DNA of 64,000 bases, taken from the NCBI GenBank assembly GCA_963821525.1, contig CAWGED010000004.1:256001-320000 (forward strand), in the 5' to 3' direction. Every line of letters starts with the position of its first letter. Position 1 is the first letter of the stretch. This document shows, one piece after another, positions 44,027 to 56,904 of this stretch. Source of the stretch: an uncultured Gemmatimonadales bacterium (GTDB taxonomy: Bacteria; Gemmatimonadota; Gemmatimonadetes; Gemmatimonadales; GWC2-71-9). The notes under the pieces are model-generated. The model did not search any database and had not been told where the DNA came from. It saw nothing but the letters and a program-made list of their open reading frames with translations. The translations under genes were made by a program, and so were the position numbers.

Positions 44027-46082
44027 GTGACCTCCACTCGTACCGGGCAGCAACGCGCCGCGCTCTCGCGCGACCTTTCGGTATTTCTGGTCCAATTCGC
44101 CATCGCGCTGCACAAGAACAGCGCCTATCCCGAGGGTCACCCCCTGCTGGGATCGGCGGTAGATGCGGTTACCCTCCGGCTCCACTCGCTGCTTAATCAG
44201 CGTCCCACTCTGCTGCTTGGTGTTGCCCGAAATCAACTGCTGATCGAAGGTGTCGCGACCGATCCGGAGAACCCGGTGCTCCGCGACCTCGCGAACCGGT
44301 TGCATCGTCATCAGCTGGGAGCGCTCAAGTTCTCCCAGGGCGCGGCCCCGACCGAGATCGCCGACGTCATGCGGACGCTGAGCGCCGACTCCCGAACCGA
44401 GCCGCTCGGCACCCAGCCGCTTGAGCAGCTGCAGCGCTGGCCCCATGTCAGGCTGTTTCCCCAGGCCTATGATCAACTCGAATTGAACGAGGACGGCGTC
44501 TCCCAGGCTGGGCCATCTCAGCAGCACCACGAGTCTGGCGGGGCGTCTGTGGCTCGGACTCGCGTCCGCGGCGTTGATGCGGGAGAGCGGCGAAGAACTG
44601 CCTCAGGATCCAAAGGAAATCGCTCGCGCCATAAATGGCCGCCGGCGCGACGCCACCTACGACCAAGTCATCGTCAACTATCTGATGCAGCTCAGCCAGG
44701 AGCTGCGGATGAGTCACGGCGCCGAGGCGGCAGAGCTCAAGGATCGACTGGGCTCTCTCCTCGGCGAGCTGGATCAGCAGACCCTCAGCCACCTCCTCGC
44801 ATTGGGTGGCAACCTTGGCCAGCGGCGTCAGCTGATCGGCGATGCAGTGCAGTCGATGCCGATCCAAGCGGTCCTCACCCTGCTCAAAGCCACCGCCGCC
44901 AGCAGCAAGCAGACCATTTCAAATTCGATGGTCCGGCTTCTCACCAAACTCGCGCTTCATGCAGAGCAGGGGAGCCAGCAGATCCGCCAGGACGCCGACC
45001 TCGCCCTGCGTGACACGATCAGGGAACTGGTTTCCAACTGGACACTGGATGATCCCAATCCCGGTTCCTATGGCAAGGTGCTGGAGCGTCTGGCTGGTCC
45101 GGTGCCAGCGGGCACTCCCTCAAGCGGGGCCACCCAATTCGAGGCGCGGCGCATTGTCGAAATGAGCCTCGAAATCGGCACCATGGGCGCCAGCGTGAAG
45201 CGGGCAGTGGATCAGATGCTGGAAGAAGGGCACGCCATGGAGTTGCTTCAGCTGCTCGATGGACCGCAGGCGCCGCCCGATCTTGTCGATGACATCTGGG
45301 GGTATCTGGCCACCCCCCAGAGCATTCGGCAACTCCTTATGAACGAGCCGCGAGACACCGAGGTGGTGGAGCGGCTGGTGGCACGGATGGGCCTGGACGC
45401 GGCGGAGCCCCTGCTGGATGCGCTGGAAATTGCCGATTCCCGCACCTCCCGGCGGCGCCTCCTGACCCGGCTGGGAAAGCTGGGCACCGATATCGGGCAG
45501 TCGGTGGTGGATCGGCTCCCGGGCTCACCTTGGTTCGTGCAGCGTAACCTGCTGGCACTCATGGGCTCCATGCCCTCGTGGCCCCGGAGTTTTTCGCCCG
45601 CCACCTATGCCGCCAACACCGATCCCCGGGTCCGCCGGGAGGCACTGAAATTGATGTTGCGGCTACCCGATTATCGGGACGAGGCGATCGGTGCCACCTT
45701 CGCGGATGATGACGAACAGGTTATCCGGCTCGGTCTTACGGCCGCGGCGGAGGGGTGTCCGGCGCCTGCGGTGCCCCGCCTCATGACCATGCTAAGAGCC
45801 CATGGCAACGACGTTGAGCTCCGGGCTCTGGGCATCAGGGTGCTGGGGACCGTGCGCACTCCGGCGACCCGCGATTGGCTGGTGGACCACGCGTTGACCA
45901 AGAAGAAGCTGTTTCGGGGGCGTCGGCTGATGGCGAAATCGCCGGAGATACTCGCCATCGTCGCGGCACTGGCGCGGGGCTGGCGCGAGGACAAGGCCGC
46001 GGCGGAAGTGCTCCGTCTGGCGCAGTCGAGCGGTGACGCCGAAATCCGGGCGGTGGCACAGTTGGGCCGGGAGCCTGCATGA
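44027..46082 (+). CDS. HEAT-repeat protein with uncharacterised N-terminal YP.GHP domain (frameshift at about 44535)
   Basis: AYPEGHP; WFVQRNLLALM, DPRVRREALKLM, DEQVIRLGL, DAEIRAVA HEAT-like repeats; start approximate. Confidence 0.8.
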
Positions 46083-47251
46083 ACGATCCGGTCCGCTTCC
46101 TCAACGCCCTGGGTCAGGCGCTTTCCGCGATGGGGTTGTACGGGCCTAAGCATCCGGCGAGAGAACGGGCGGTTGATGCCGCTTACGACCAGTTGTTGAG
46201 CGTCGGCAAGACCGACCAGCAGCCCAACTTTTCGTTCCTCGACGAAGAGGTGCTCTACCGGCAGCAGGTGCTGCGGGAGCTCAGAGGCTGGGACTGGGGC
46301 CGCAAGCTTTCCAAGGTCGGCGTCCAGCGGATGGAATTCGACGAGGATGTGACCCGGGAGGATTTCGAAGGATTTCTCTCCCAGGTGCATCAGCAGGTGC
46401 AGACCGGAAATCCGGACACCAGCGAGGCTCGCCAGCTGCGGCGGCCCAGCATCCGATTTGGCGCGGTCAGTGTCCGCGGTACTACCGCAGAGAGCGCGGC
46501 GGAAGCGGTGGCTACCGCGACGATCGCATACACGCTGGGTGAGGAAGTGGGCGCGGTTCAGTGGGTGCACGAGCAGGTCCGGGCGGGCTCCCTCCTGGAC
46601 ATGGCGGAGGCGGAAGGTGTGGTCCGGTCGCTCTCTCTCGCGATGCACTCGGAGAGCCACATCATCCTTCCGTTGCTGCAGCTCAAGTCCTTCGACCAGT
46701 ACACCACGACCCACGCCACCAATGTGGCCGTGCTGTCGATGGCCCTCGCCGAGTTCATCGGACTGGGACCCAGAGAGGTGCGGGAATTCGGGACGGCAGG
46801 TCTGCTCCACGACCTGGGAAAGGTGCGGATTCCCAAGGAAATCCTCACCAAGCCGGGCGCCTTTACCGAGCAGGAAGTCGCCATCATGCGGCGGCATCCA
46901 GTGGATGGCGCGCGGCTGATTCTGGAGCGGGAGAAGGGGCTGGACCTCGCGGCGGTGGTGGCTTACGAACATCACCTCATGCTCAACGGCGAGGGGTACC
47001 CGCCGCTGCGCTACAAGCGGGAGTGCCATAACGCGAGCAAACTGGTCCACGTCTGCGACGTGTACGATGCCCTGTGCACCAATCGGCCTTACCGCGACGC
47101 CTGGATGGCTGAAGCGGCACTCGCGTACCTCGAGGAACGGGCCGGCCTGGAGTTCGAGCCTGAGCTGGTGATCTCTTTCGTCTCGATGATGCGAGACTGG
47201 AGCCAACAGAGGGTTCTATTTCCCCCGCTCGAGGAAGAGAAAACCAACTGA
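46079..47251 (+). CDS. HD-GYP domain protein (putative c-di-GMP phosphodiesterase)
   Basis: [23 protein letters not shown]....GEGYP, DVYDAL..NRPYR; ATGA overlap with the HEAT gene. Confidence 0.92.
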   Translation: MNDPVRFLNALGQALSAMGLYGPKHPARERAVDAAYDQLLSVGKTDQQPNFSFLDEEVLYRQQVLRELRGWDWGRKLSKVGVQRMEFDEDVTREDFEGFLSQVHQQVQTGNPDTSEARQLRRPSIRFGAVSVRGTTAESAAEAVATATIAYTLGEEVGAVQWVHEQVRAGSLLDMAEAEGVVRSLSLAMHSESHIILPLLQLKSFDQYTTTHATNVAVLSMALAEFIGLGPREVREFGTAGLLHDLGKVRIPKEILTKPGAFTEQEVAIMRRHPVDGARLILEREKGLDLAAVVAYEHHLMLNGEGYPPLRYKRECHNASKLVHVCDVYDALCTNRPYRDAWMAEAALAYLEERAGLEFEPELVISFVSMMRDWSQQRVLFPPLEEEKTN

Positions 47252-47253
47252 TC

Positions 47254-50197
47254 ATGGGAACATCCCTGCGCTCGGCGATGCATGCGGTGCGTCATCTGCT
47301 GGGCTTCGACCCAGAAACGCTCCAGAGACCGCCCGTCCGTCCGGTTCGTCCGTCTCCCACTCGGGAGCCCGCCATTCCGGTGTACCAGGACCTCGGGGCG
47401 GGCGCGGAGTCGGAGCGGGTCCAACGCGCCCTCTATCGCATCTCCGAGGCGGCCCACGCCTCCCCCACACTGCAGGCGCTCTTCAGCGAGCTGCACGCGA
47501 TCGTGGGCGACCTGATGCCGGCCCGCAACTTCTACATCGCGCTGCACGACCCGGCGACCGACACGCTGAGCTTTCCCTACTTCGTCGACGAGAAGGATCC
47601 GCCTCCAGCTCCCCGACGGCTCCGCAAGGGCCTGACCGAATACGTTCTGCGGTCCGGCCAGGCGCTGCTCGATCGGCCCGGCGTGTACGCCGATCTGGTG
47701 ACTCGCGGTGAAGTCGAATCCATCGGTGCGGCGTCGTCCGACTGGCTCGGTGTTCCGCTCAAGACCGGCGACCGGACCATCGGGGTGCTTACCGCGCAGA
47801 GTTACGACGAGGGGGTCCGCTACACCGAGCGCGATCGGGACATCCTCCAGTTCGTCTCGACCCAGGTGGCGATGGCGATCGAGCGCAAACGGGGCGAGGA
47901 GGCTTTGCGTGCCTCGGAGGGTGAGCTGCGCGCGGTGTTCTCCGCGATGCGGGACGTCATCCTGGTGCTGGACGCGACGGGCCGGTACCGGAAAGTTGCT
48001 CCCACCAATCCGGGTCTGCTCTATCGCTCGGCTGATGTGCTCCTCGGGCGCACCCTTCACGATGTGTTCCCGCCGCGCCAGGCCGACGAGTTTCTCAGGC
48101 ATATCACCCGGGCCCTGCACACCGGAGAAGTGGTACACGCGGACTACGCGCTGACCATCGAAGACAAAAGGGTCTGGTTCACGGCTACGGTTTCACCCAT
48201 GACGTACGACTCGGTCGTCTGGGTCGCCCGGGACATCACCGACCAGAAGCTCGCGCTCGAGGCGCTGGCCGAGAGCGAAAGCCGCTACCGCGCGCTCTAC
48301 AACCGGTCGCCGGTGATGGCACACTCGATCGACCTGGAAGGTCGCATCGTCGCGGTGAGCGACTTCTGGCTTGCCACCCTGGGATACCAGCGCGATGAGG
48401 TGCTGGGACGGCCGGTTACCGATTTCCTCACGCCCGAATCCGCCCGTCTGGCGCGGGAGACCGTCCTTCAGGCCCTGATGCGGGACGGGTCCTGCACCGA
48501 CGTCGAGCACCAGATGGTCACCAGCGGCGGACAGGTCCTGGACGTTCTCCTTTCCGCGATCTCCGAGAAAGACGCCGACGGCAAGGCGACTCAGTCATTG
48601 GCGATCCTGACCGACGTCACCGAGCGCAAGCGGATCGCGCGACAGCTGCAGCACAGCCAGGAGCGGGTCGAACAGTTCGTCCAGACCACCAACGACGTGT
48701 TGTGGGACTGGGAGCTCGAGAAGCAGGAGATCTGGTGGGCGCCCACCCTGCGGAACCTGGTGGGATTCCAGCCCCACGAATTCCAGGGCGACTCGTGGAC
48801 CCGCGCGCTGCATCCCGAGGATCGCGAACGGGTTTGGGCGGGGCTTCGTGAGGCGGTCTCTGGCACGGGGCGCCTCTGGTCGGCGGAATACCGGATGCGT
48901 AAACGAGACGGCGAGTACTGCCACCTGCTCGATCGTGCCACCATCCTCCGCGATGCAGACGGCCGGGCGGTGCGCATGGTCGGAGCGATGATGGATGTCA
49001 GCGAACGGAAAGAGGCCGAAGCGGCATTGCGGCACAGCGAAGATCAACTGCGACAGGCTATGAAGATGGAAGCAGTGGGCCGGCTGGCCGGAGGAGTCGC
49101 TCACGACTTCAACAATCTTCTCACCGCGGTACTCGGCCACGCCGATCTGGCGCTGACTCAGGTGGATCCCGGCAAGCCGTTCCACGAGGATCTGCAGGAG
49201 ATCAAGCAGGCGGCCCTTCGCGCGGCGGCCTTGACCCAACAGCTGCTCGCTTTCAGCAGGAAGCAGGTGCTGGAGCGCCGCGTCGTTGACCTCAACCAGA
49301 TTGTGGCCGGAATTACCCGAATGCTGGACCGAACCATCGGCGAAGACATCGAGCTGGTCACCGATCTGGCTCCCGAGCTGGGCCGGGTGCATGCCGATGC
49401 CATCCAGCTCGAACAGGTGCTGCTCAACCTGGCGGTGAACGCCCGGGACGCGATGCCCGAAGGAGGCCGGCTCACCATCGAGACGATGAACGTCCAGTCC
49501 GAGGCAGGAGCGGTGGTGCGGATCCGCGTCGCGGACACCGGAGTCGGCATGACTCCAGAAGTGCTGGCCCACATCTTCGAACCCTTCTTCACCACCAAGG
49601 AGCTCGGCAAGGGCACCGGGCTCGGCCTCGCCACGGTCTACGGCATCGTGAAGCAATCGGGTGGTCACATCTCCGTGACCAGCAGCCGGGGCCACGGGAC
49701 GACGTTCCTCATCGACTTTCCCCGGTCTCCTGATGAGCCACGGATCGACGTCGTGGTCCCCGCCCGTGGAACGGCGTTCCGGCGGTACCGAAACGATCCT
49801 GCTCGTAGAGGATGAGGCGACCGTACGTACGCTGGCCCGCCGGGTGCTGGAGCAGCGGGGGTACAAGGTGCTCGAGGCGCAGCACCCTGAGCAGGCCTTG
49901 ATCGTGAGCAGGGGTTTTCAGGAGCAGATCGATCTGTTGCTGACGGACGTAGTGATGCCGGGAATGAGCGGGATCAAACTGGCGGAGCACCTGACCGCCG
50001 AGCGGCGCTCCATGAGCGTGGTCTACATGTCGGGGTACGCGGCAACCTCGGTGGAACAGCGGCTGTTGCTGGACGACAGCGTGCCGTTCATCCAGAAGCC
50101 CTTCACACCCGATATTCTGGCGCGGCGGGTTCGCGAGGTTCTGGATGAGGCTGCCCGCCGGGTGGGAATTGCGACGGCTAAGGTCCGGAGGTCTTGA
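47254..50197 (+). CDS. Hybrid histidine kinase GAF-PAS-PAS-PAS-HisKA-HATPase-REC (frameshift at about 49770)
   Basis: WLGVPL GAF; several DIT/DVTERK PAS ends; [28 protein letters not shown]...LLTDVVMP receiver. Confidence 0.95.
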
Positions 50198-51064
50198 TCA
50201 GGGCAGGGAGGGGATCCCGGGCTCCAGTCCACCAGGAAGGAGTCTCCCTCCCGCACTACGATGTGCCCGTGTCCCACGACGCTCCCCGACCGGCTGAACT
50301 GCAGGAAGCCTTCCTCGTCGTACAGAGCCAACTCCATCCGATAGCTGTGTAGCCCGGCTCCGAACTGGTTGAGCGGCGAGGGACCAGGGGATCCGCATGT
50401 TCGAAATGCGGCCCACGTTGAGTCCGTCTACCCAGAGCTGGGCTTCGCGCCCGCGCTCGGTCTGGGCCAGCGCAGCCATGTTCACGTTGAAGGTGATCCG
50501 CTCCACGTCGCCGCTGACCGGCCCCACCTCGACTCCCGTCTCACCAATCCCGACCTTCTGCTCCGGCTCGTCTGGCAAAGCCGGCATGCAGTCCCTGATC
50601 ATCGCGGCGCGTTGCGACCCGGTCGGATGGACTGCGTCGAAACGGAAGGGCCCCAGTCGGGTGAAGAAGCGGATTGCGGCCTCGCTCGCCGCCCTGGCCC
50701 GAGGGTCTGCTCGGCGCGCCGCGTAGCAATCGGCCTCAAGCTCCTGTGCCTGGAGCGCTGAATCACGCACCTCATCCGGCAGGACGCTCAAGCCGGCACG
50801 GGTGTGGTGCAGCGCGATGTGGCCGTACTCGTGCGCCAGAAAGAATTCGGTGAGCTGCGGTCCGTACCGCCGGGCGCGAATCGGATTGTAGTAGATGGCG
50901 GGCTGGGGTACATCCACGGTCGCAATCGCGATATCGTCGATCGTATCGGTTGCGATCTCCGGGACCCCGGGGATCAGGTGCAACCCCTGAGCGTCTGCCG
51001 AGCCGGCGTTCCAGGAGAGGAAGACAGCAACGCACAACGCCCCGAGACGAGACTCCATCCTCAT
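50198..51064 (-). CDS. Secreted HEXXH zinc metallopeptidase-like protein (M48/YpfJ-like core) with C-terminal beta domain (frameshift at about 50370)
   Basis: FFLAHEYGH, ELEADCYAA, HPTGSQRA. Confidence 0.75.
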   Translation of the reverse strand: MRMESRLGALCVAVFLSWNAGSADAQGLHLIPGVPEIATDTIDDIAIATVDVPQPAIYYNPIRARRYGPQLTEFFLAHEYGHIALHHTRAGLSVLPDEVRDSALQAQELEADCYAARRADPRARAASEAAIRFFTRLGPFRFDAVHPTGSQRAAMIRDCMPALPDEPEQKVGIGETGVEVGPVSGDVERITFNVNMAALAQTERGREAQLWVDGLNVGRISNMRIPWSLAAQPVRSRATQLSDGVGSVRRGRLPAVQPVGERRGTRAHRSAGGRLLPGGLEPGIPSLP

Positions 51065-51221
51065 GTCAGGAATGTTGGGCTGACGCCTCTCTGGGGCAAG
51101 TTGAGCCTGAGGACTACGATGTTGCAGAGCCGCACATGCAGTGCGGCTAGCCCATCCACATCTGAGGACTAGCCAAACAACCTCGGCGTGATCCGCGTCT
51201 TCCACGGTTCGCAGTTACGGG

Positions 51222-51722
51222 TTACTCCGAAGGAGCCTGCTCCGCAGGCAGGCACGCGAGAATCCGCGCCGCGCGCTGGCTGCCGGAGGGATGATCCCGG
51301 TCAAACCGGTAGGGACCCAGTTGGCCGAAGAACCGCGCCGCTTCCAGCACCGCCCGCCGGTCGCTCCGACCCAGGGTAGCCGCGGCGTAGCAATCGGCCT
51401 CCAGCTCCCGGCTCTGCATCAGCGCGTCGCGCTTCTGGCGGTCTGCGTTAAGGGCGTTGGCCCTGGTGTGATGGAAATGAATGTGCCCGAACTCATGGGC
51501 GAGGAAGAAATCGCCGAGCTGCTGGCCGAAGCGCTGCATCCGGGTGGGATTCACGTAGATCATCGGGTGCTGCCGATCGTAGACCGCCACCGCCACGTCG
51601 CGCAGTGTATCGGTCGCTATGATCGTGACCGCGGCCTCGGGGTCCGGATATTCAGCCGGATCCACGCTGCCCGCGTACGCGAGCGAGAACAATCCTGTAA
51701 GAGCCAACCCGATGAGCTTCAT
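51222..51722 (-). CDS. Secreted minimal HEXXH zinc metallopeptidase-like protein, paralogue of the downstream gene
   Basis: Signal peptide MKLIGLAL; FFLAHEFGH, ELEADCYAA, HPSGSQRA. Confidence 0.78.
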   Translation of the reverse strand: MKLIGLALTGLFSLAYAGSVDPAEYPDPEAAVTIIATDTLRDVAVAVYDRQHPMIYVNPTRMQRFGQQLGDFFLAHEFGHIHFHHTRANALNADRQKRDALMQSRELEADCYAAATLGRSDRRAVLEAARFFGQLGPYRFDRDHPSGSQRAARILACLPAEQAPSE

Positions 51723-52078
51723 TTCTGTCACCTGCTTGCTGCTGCCTGAAAACGAATCCGCCCCCGCGTCCACTCGGATCGCGGGGGCGGTGCTGCGGCG
51801 CTGTTGCGCGTCTGCCTTACCCTCGCGTTCCCTCGGGGGTGTAGACGATGCCCCGGCCATTCCGCCGATTAGCATGCCCGCCCCCGCAGCCCATAAGGCT
51901 CAGTACTCTGCCGTTCAGAGAAACCTCCAACACGAAGTCGTGTGATTCAGCCCACTATGACGGCCCTGCCTGGTCGAGAATATTGGCAATCCCTGTGCCG
52001 TTTCGTCTGTCAGCTTTTCACCAGCCCCGGCCCAGCCGGAATCCCTACAGCCAGAACGGGTTCCGCCATCCCGCGGGA

Positions 52079-52106
52079 TTGACCGCGTCAGGTGTCAGAA
52101 TACCAT
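52079..52106 (+). promoter_or_regulatory. sigma70-type promoter of the thiC leader
   Basis: TTGACC, 16-nt spacer, TACCAT, ending just before riboswitch P1. Confidence 0.55.
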
Positions 52107-52113
52107 TCACCTA

Positions 52114-52250
52114 ACCGCCAGGGGCATCGGGCCCCTCGGAATAGCACATCCCTCTAGTAAACGCGCGGGATGTCCGCGGGTTCCGACTTGCCCGATTGAG
52201 ATCGCACCCTTGGAACCTGATCCGGTTCAAACCGGCGTAGGGAGCGCGGT
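52114..52250 (+). ncRNA. TPP riboswitch
   Basis: P1 ACCGC/GCGGT; AGGGG...TGAGA...ACCCT; ACCTGATCCGG-TTCAA-ACCGGCGTAGGGA; upstream of thiC; RBS-sequestering hairpin CTCCTTCC...GGAAGGAG at 52258-52288. Confidence 0.95.
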
Positions 52251-52294
52251 GCAGGCGCTCCTTCCGTTTCCGGAATTTGGGAAGGAGTCCTTCC

Positions 52295-53966
<1,672 letters not shown>

Positions 53967-54032
53967 CGCGTGACAGCGCCCGCATCGCGCGGTATGGTAG
54001 AGCAGCAAGACCCACTTTAGCTGGAGGCAACT

Positions 54033-55933
54033 CTGGACCTGCTGCCTGGCCGCGTTTCGCGTCTCGCCTCCCCGGAGCGTCAGGCGCTTCTCGGCCTCCT
54101 GATTCTCGGCGTGATCGTCGCCTCCCTGCTCGGCCTCACCTATTTCGGATTCGAAACGCTGTCTTCAGCCCGCGCCTACGTGGGCGGCGAGGGCTTCTGG
54201 TCCAAGGCGCAGAAGGATGCGGTCTATCACCTGATGCGGTACGCCCGCAATTCCGATCCAGCAGAGTACGCCTTGTTCAGGAAGTGCCTGACGGTCCCAC
54301 TGGGTGATCGCGAAGCCAGGTTGCAGCTGGAAGGCCCCGATCCCGACCCGTGGCGCGTGAAGGTGGGATTTCTCCTGGGGCGCAATCACCCTCAGGATAT
54401 CGAGCGAATGGCCACGTTCTACCGGCGTTTTCGCAACGTCAGCTTCGTGGACCACGCAGTCGGCATCTGGACTCAGGCCGATTCCCTGATCGGCGAGCTG
54501 GCTTCGGTTGGCTCCCAGGTCAACGCGGAAATCACTTCCGGGCGGCCCGACCCTGTCCGCCTCGAGAGTTTGTTGAACGATGTCGACAAGCTGAGCGGAG
54601 AGCTGACCCAGCTGGAAGACGCTTTCTCGAGAACCATGGGAGATGGCGCGCGATGGGCTGCGCGGGTCGTGTTCGTTGCGATCGTCACCGCCGCCGCCCT
54701 GCTGGTGGCGCTTGCAGTCTTCGTGACCTGGCGCATGAACCAGCGGGTGCGGGAGTCGGAGGAGTCTCTGCGGGCCAGCGAGGCCCAGCTCCGGCAGGCG
54801 CAGAAGATGGAGGCTGTGGGTCAGCTGACGGGCGGCATTGCGCACGACTTCAACAATCTGCTCACCGTGATCCTCTCAACCGCCGAGCTGATCGACGCCG
54901 AGTTGCCGCCGCATGCGACGGAGGCGCGAACTGACCTCAGTGACTTGAAGCACGCCGCCGAGCGTGGCGCGGAGATGATTCGCAAGCTGCTGGCGTTCAG
55001 CCGGAGCGGGCAGCTGCAATTCCGGTCGTACGATCTCTCCCAGCTCGTGACCGAATCAGTGCAGATGCTGCGCCGGGTGCTCCCCTCGCATGTCGAGGTG
55101 CTGGTGGACGCCGATCACACCGTCCACCCGATAAGCACAGACCCCGCGGTACTCGAGCAGATCCTCCTCAATCTTGCGACCAACGCGCGTGACGCGATGC
55201 CCGAAGGAGGGAAGCTGCGCCTGTCGATCGACCAGGTCCGGCTGGACCAGCGCAACATCAGCCGACTGGGATGGGGGCGGGCCGGCAGCTACACCGCACT
55301 GCGGCTCAGCGACACGGGGTTGGGAATGGAGCAGGGGGTGCGGGAGCGAATCTTCGAGCCCTTCTTCACTACGAAGCCTCCCGGTCAGGGCACCGGCCTG
55401 GGGATGGCGATGGTGTACGGGCTGATGAAGCAGCACGGCGGGTTCATCGAAGTGCAGAGCACGCTGGGTATTGGGACGCGGTGACGCTGTACTTCCCTCC
55501 GGCGCTGGAACAGCCCACACCGGCGCCGCTCCTCCCGGTCCCGGCACCGGCGGGTACGGAGACCATTCTTCTGGTCGAGGACGAAACCGCCTTACGCCGC
55601 TCGGCGACTCGAATCCTGGAACGCAAGGGATATCGGGTGTTGACTGCCGCGGATGGCGAGGAAGCGCTACACATGTTTCGAATGCACCGGGACCGAGTCG
55701 CCCTGGTGCTGTCGGACGTCGTCATGCCAAGACTCAGCGGTCCCGGGCTCTACTCCGCTCTGCGGAGAGAAGGGGTTCAGGTGCCCTTCCTCTTCATGAG
55801 CGGTTACACCGAGCGCGAGGGGTCGAGAGGCATGCAGATCCCGCCGGGAGTTCGGCTGGTGCAGAAGCCGTGGGATGCGGGGGATCTGTTGCTTTGCATT
55901 CAGGAGCTGCTCAGCCACCGTGCTCCGAGCTGA
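54033..55933 (+). CDS. Membrane hybrid histidine kinase (sensor-HisKA-HATPase-REC; frameshift at about 55478); start CTG 54033 or GTG 54111
   Basis: Two TM helices; RAYVGGEGFWSKAQKDA sensor; [21 protein letters not shown] receiver. Confidence 0.9.
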
Positions 55934-56823
55934 ACCGCCTCGGCCCTTCCGTAGAGCCAGCGGAGCATTTCCGGGAGAGCGCCGCGCCAAGTGGGGAGAT
56001 CGTGACCACCTGGCATCGTCACATGAATCACGTCCCGCCCGGCCCGGTAGCCCTTCCGCAGAATTTCCTCCACCAGTTCTTCGGTGTCCTGAATGGAGTC
56101 GATCACGCCGTCGCCATCCCGGTCGGCGGCTTCGTCGCGGACCCCGGTTTCGAGCCACATACGGAGAGCCGGGCGACCAGGAGTCTCCCGCACCCGGCGA
56201 TGCATGATCCGGGAGGCCTGCTTCAGCTCGGGCGAACGATCGTTGGTGCGCCACCAGAACGATCCGGACATGACTCCTACCGCGCCGATGCGATCCGGAT
56301 TGCGCCAGGCCAGGTCGAATGCCGACAGGCCGCCCAGCGACAGTCCCGCGATCGCTGTGGCGGGAGGACCGGTCAGCACCCGGTAGCGGCTCTGGATGAA
56401 GGGCATCAATTCGGTCAGCATGAATTGCTCGTACTGGCTCGCGCGGTCCCCGTAGCCCTGGGCGTTAGGCACTCCGGCGGTTCCGTACTCACGGATCCGG
56501 TCACCGGTCGCGTGGATCGCCACAACTACGATTGGCGCCGCCGAACCATCCTGCTGCGAGCGCTCGAGAGCGGCCGCCAGGTCGAGGCTCTCGGAATCCT
56601 GTCCATCGTTGAGGTAGAGCACCGGGTATCGCTCCCTGCCGGGGCCGTAGTATCCGATGGGAAGGAACACCTCTACTGTCCGCCGAGCCTTCAGGAACCG
56701 CGAACGAGTGTCCTCCAGACGCTCAATCGCAATCTCTCCCCGCCGCGTGCCCGTGACGTTTGCGGTCAGGGGCGCGTCGAGGCCACGGCGGGCTCGCTGC
56801 CAGATGTCGCGCCAAATAGTCAT
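55900..56823 (-). CDS. Alpha/beta-hydrolase esterase (Fes/IroE-like)
   Basis: RYPVLYLNDGQ, GLSLGG, SGSFWW, GGHD...W. Confidence 0.9.
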   Translation of the reverse strand: MTIWRDIWQRARRGLDAPLTANVTGTRRGEIAIERLEDTRSRFLKARRTVEVFLPIGYYGPGRERYPVLYLNDGQDSESLDLAAALERSQQDGSAAPIVVVAIHATGDRIREYGTAGVPNAQGYGDRASQYEQFMLTELMPFIQSRYRVLTGPPATAIAGLSLGGLSAFDLAWRNPDRIGAVGVMSGSFWWRTNDRSPELKQASRIMHRRVRETPGRPALRMWLETGVRDEAADRDGDGVIDSIQDTEELVEEILRKGYRAGRDVIHVTMPGGHDLPTWRGALPEMLRWLYGRAEAVQLGARWLSSS

Positions 56824-56904
56824 GGCAGAAGTATACTTCCGCGGCGTATTCGTCCGGCTTTTCGCGGCCTTTCTCCTATTCGTCGGTAGCAGTATTCTCT
56901 TGCG

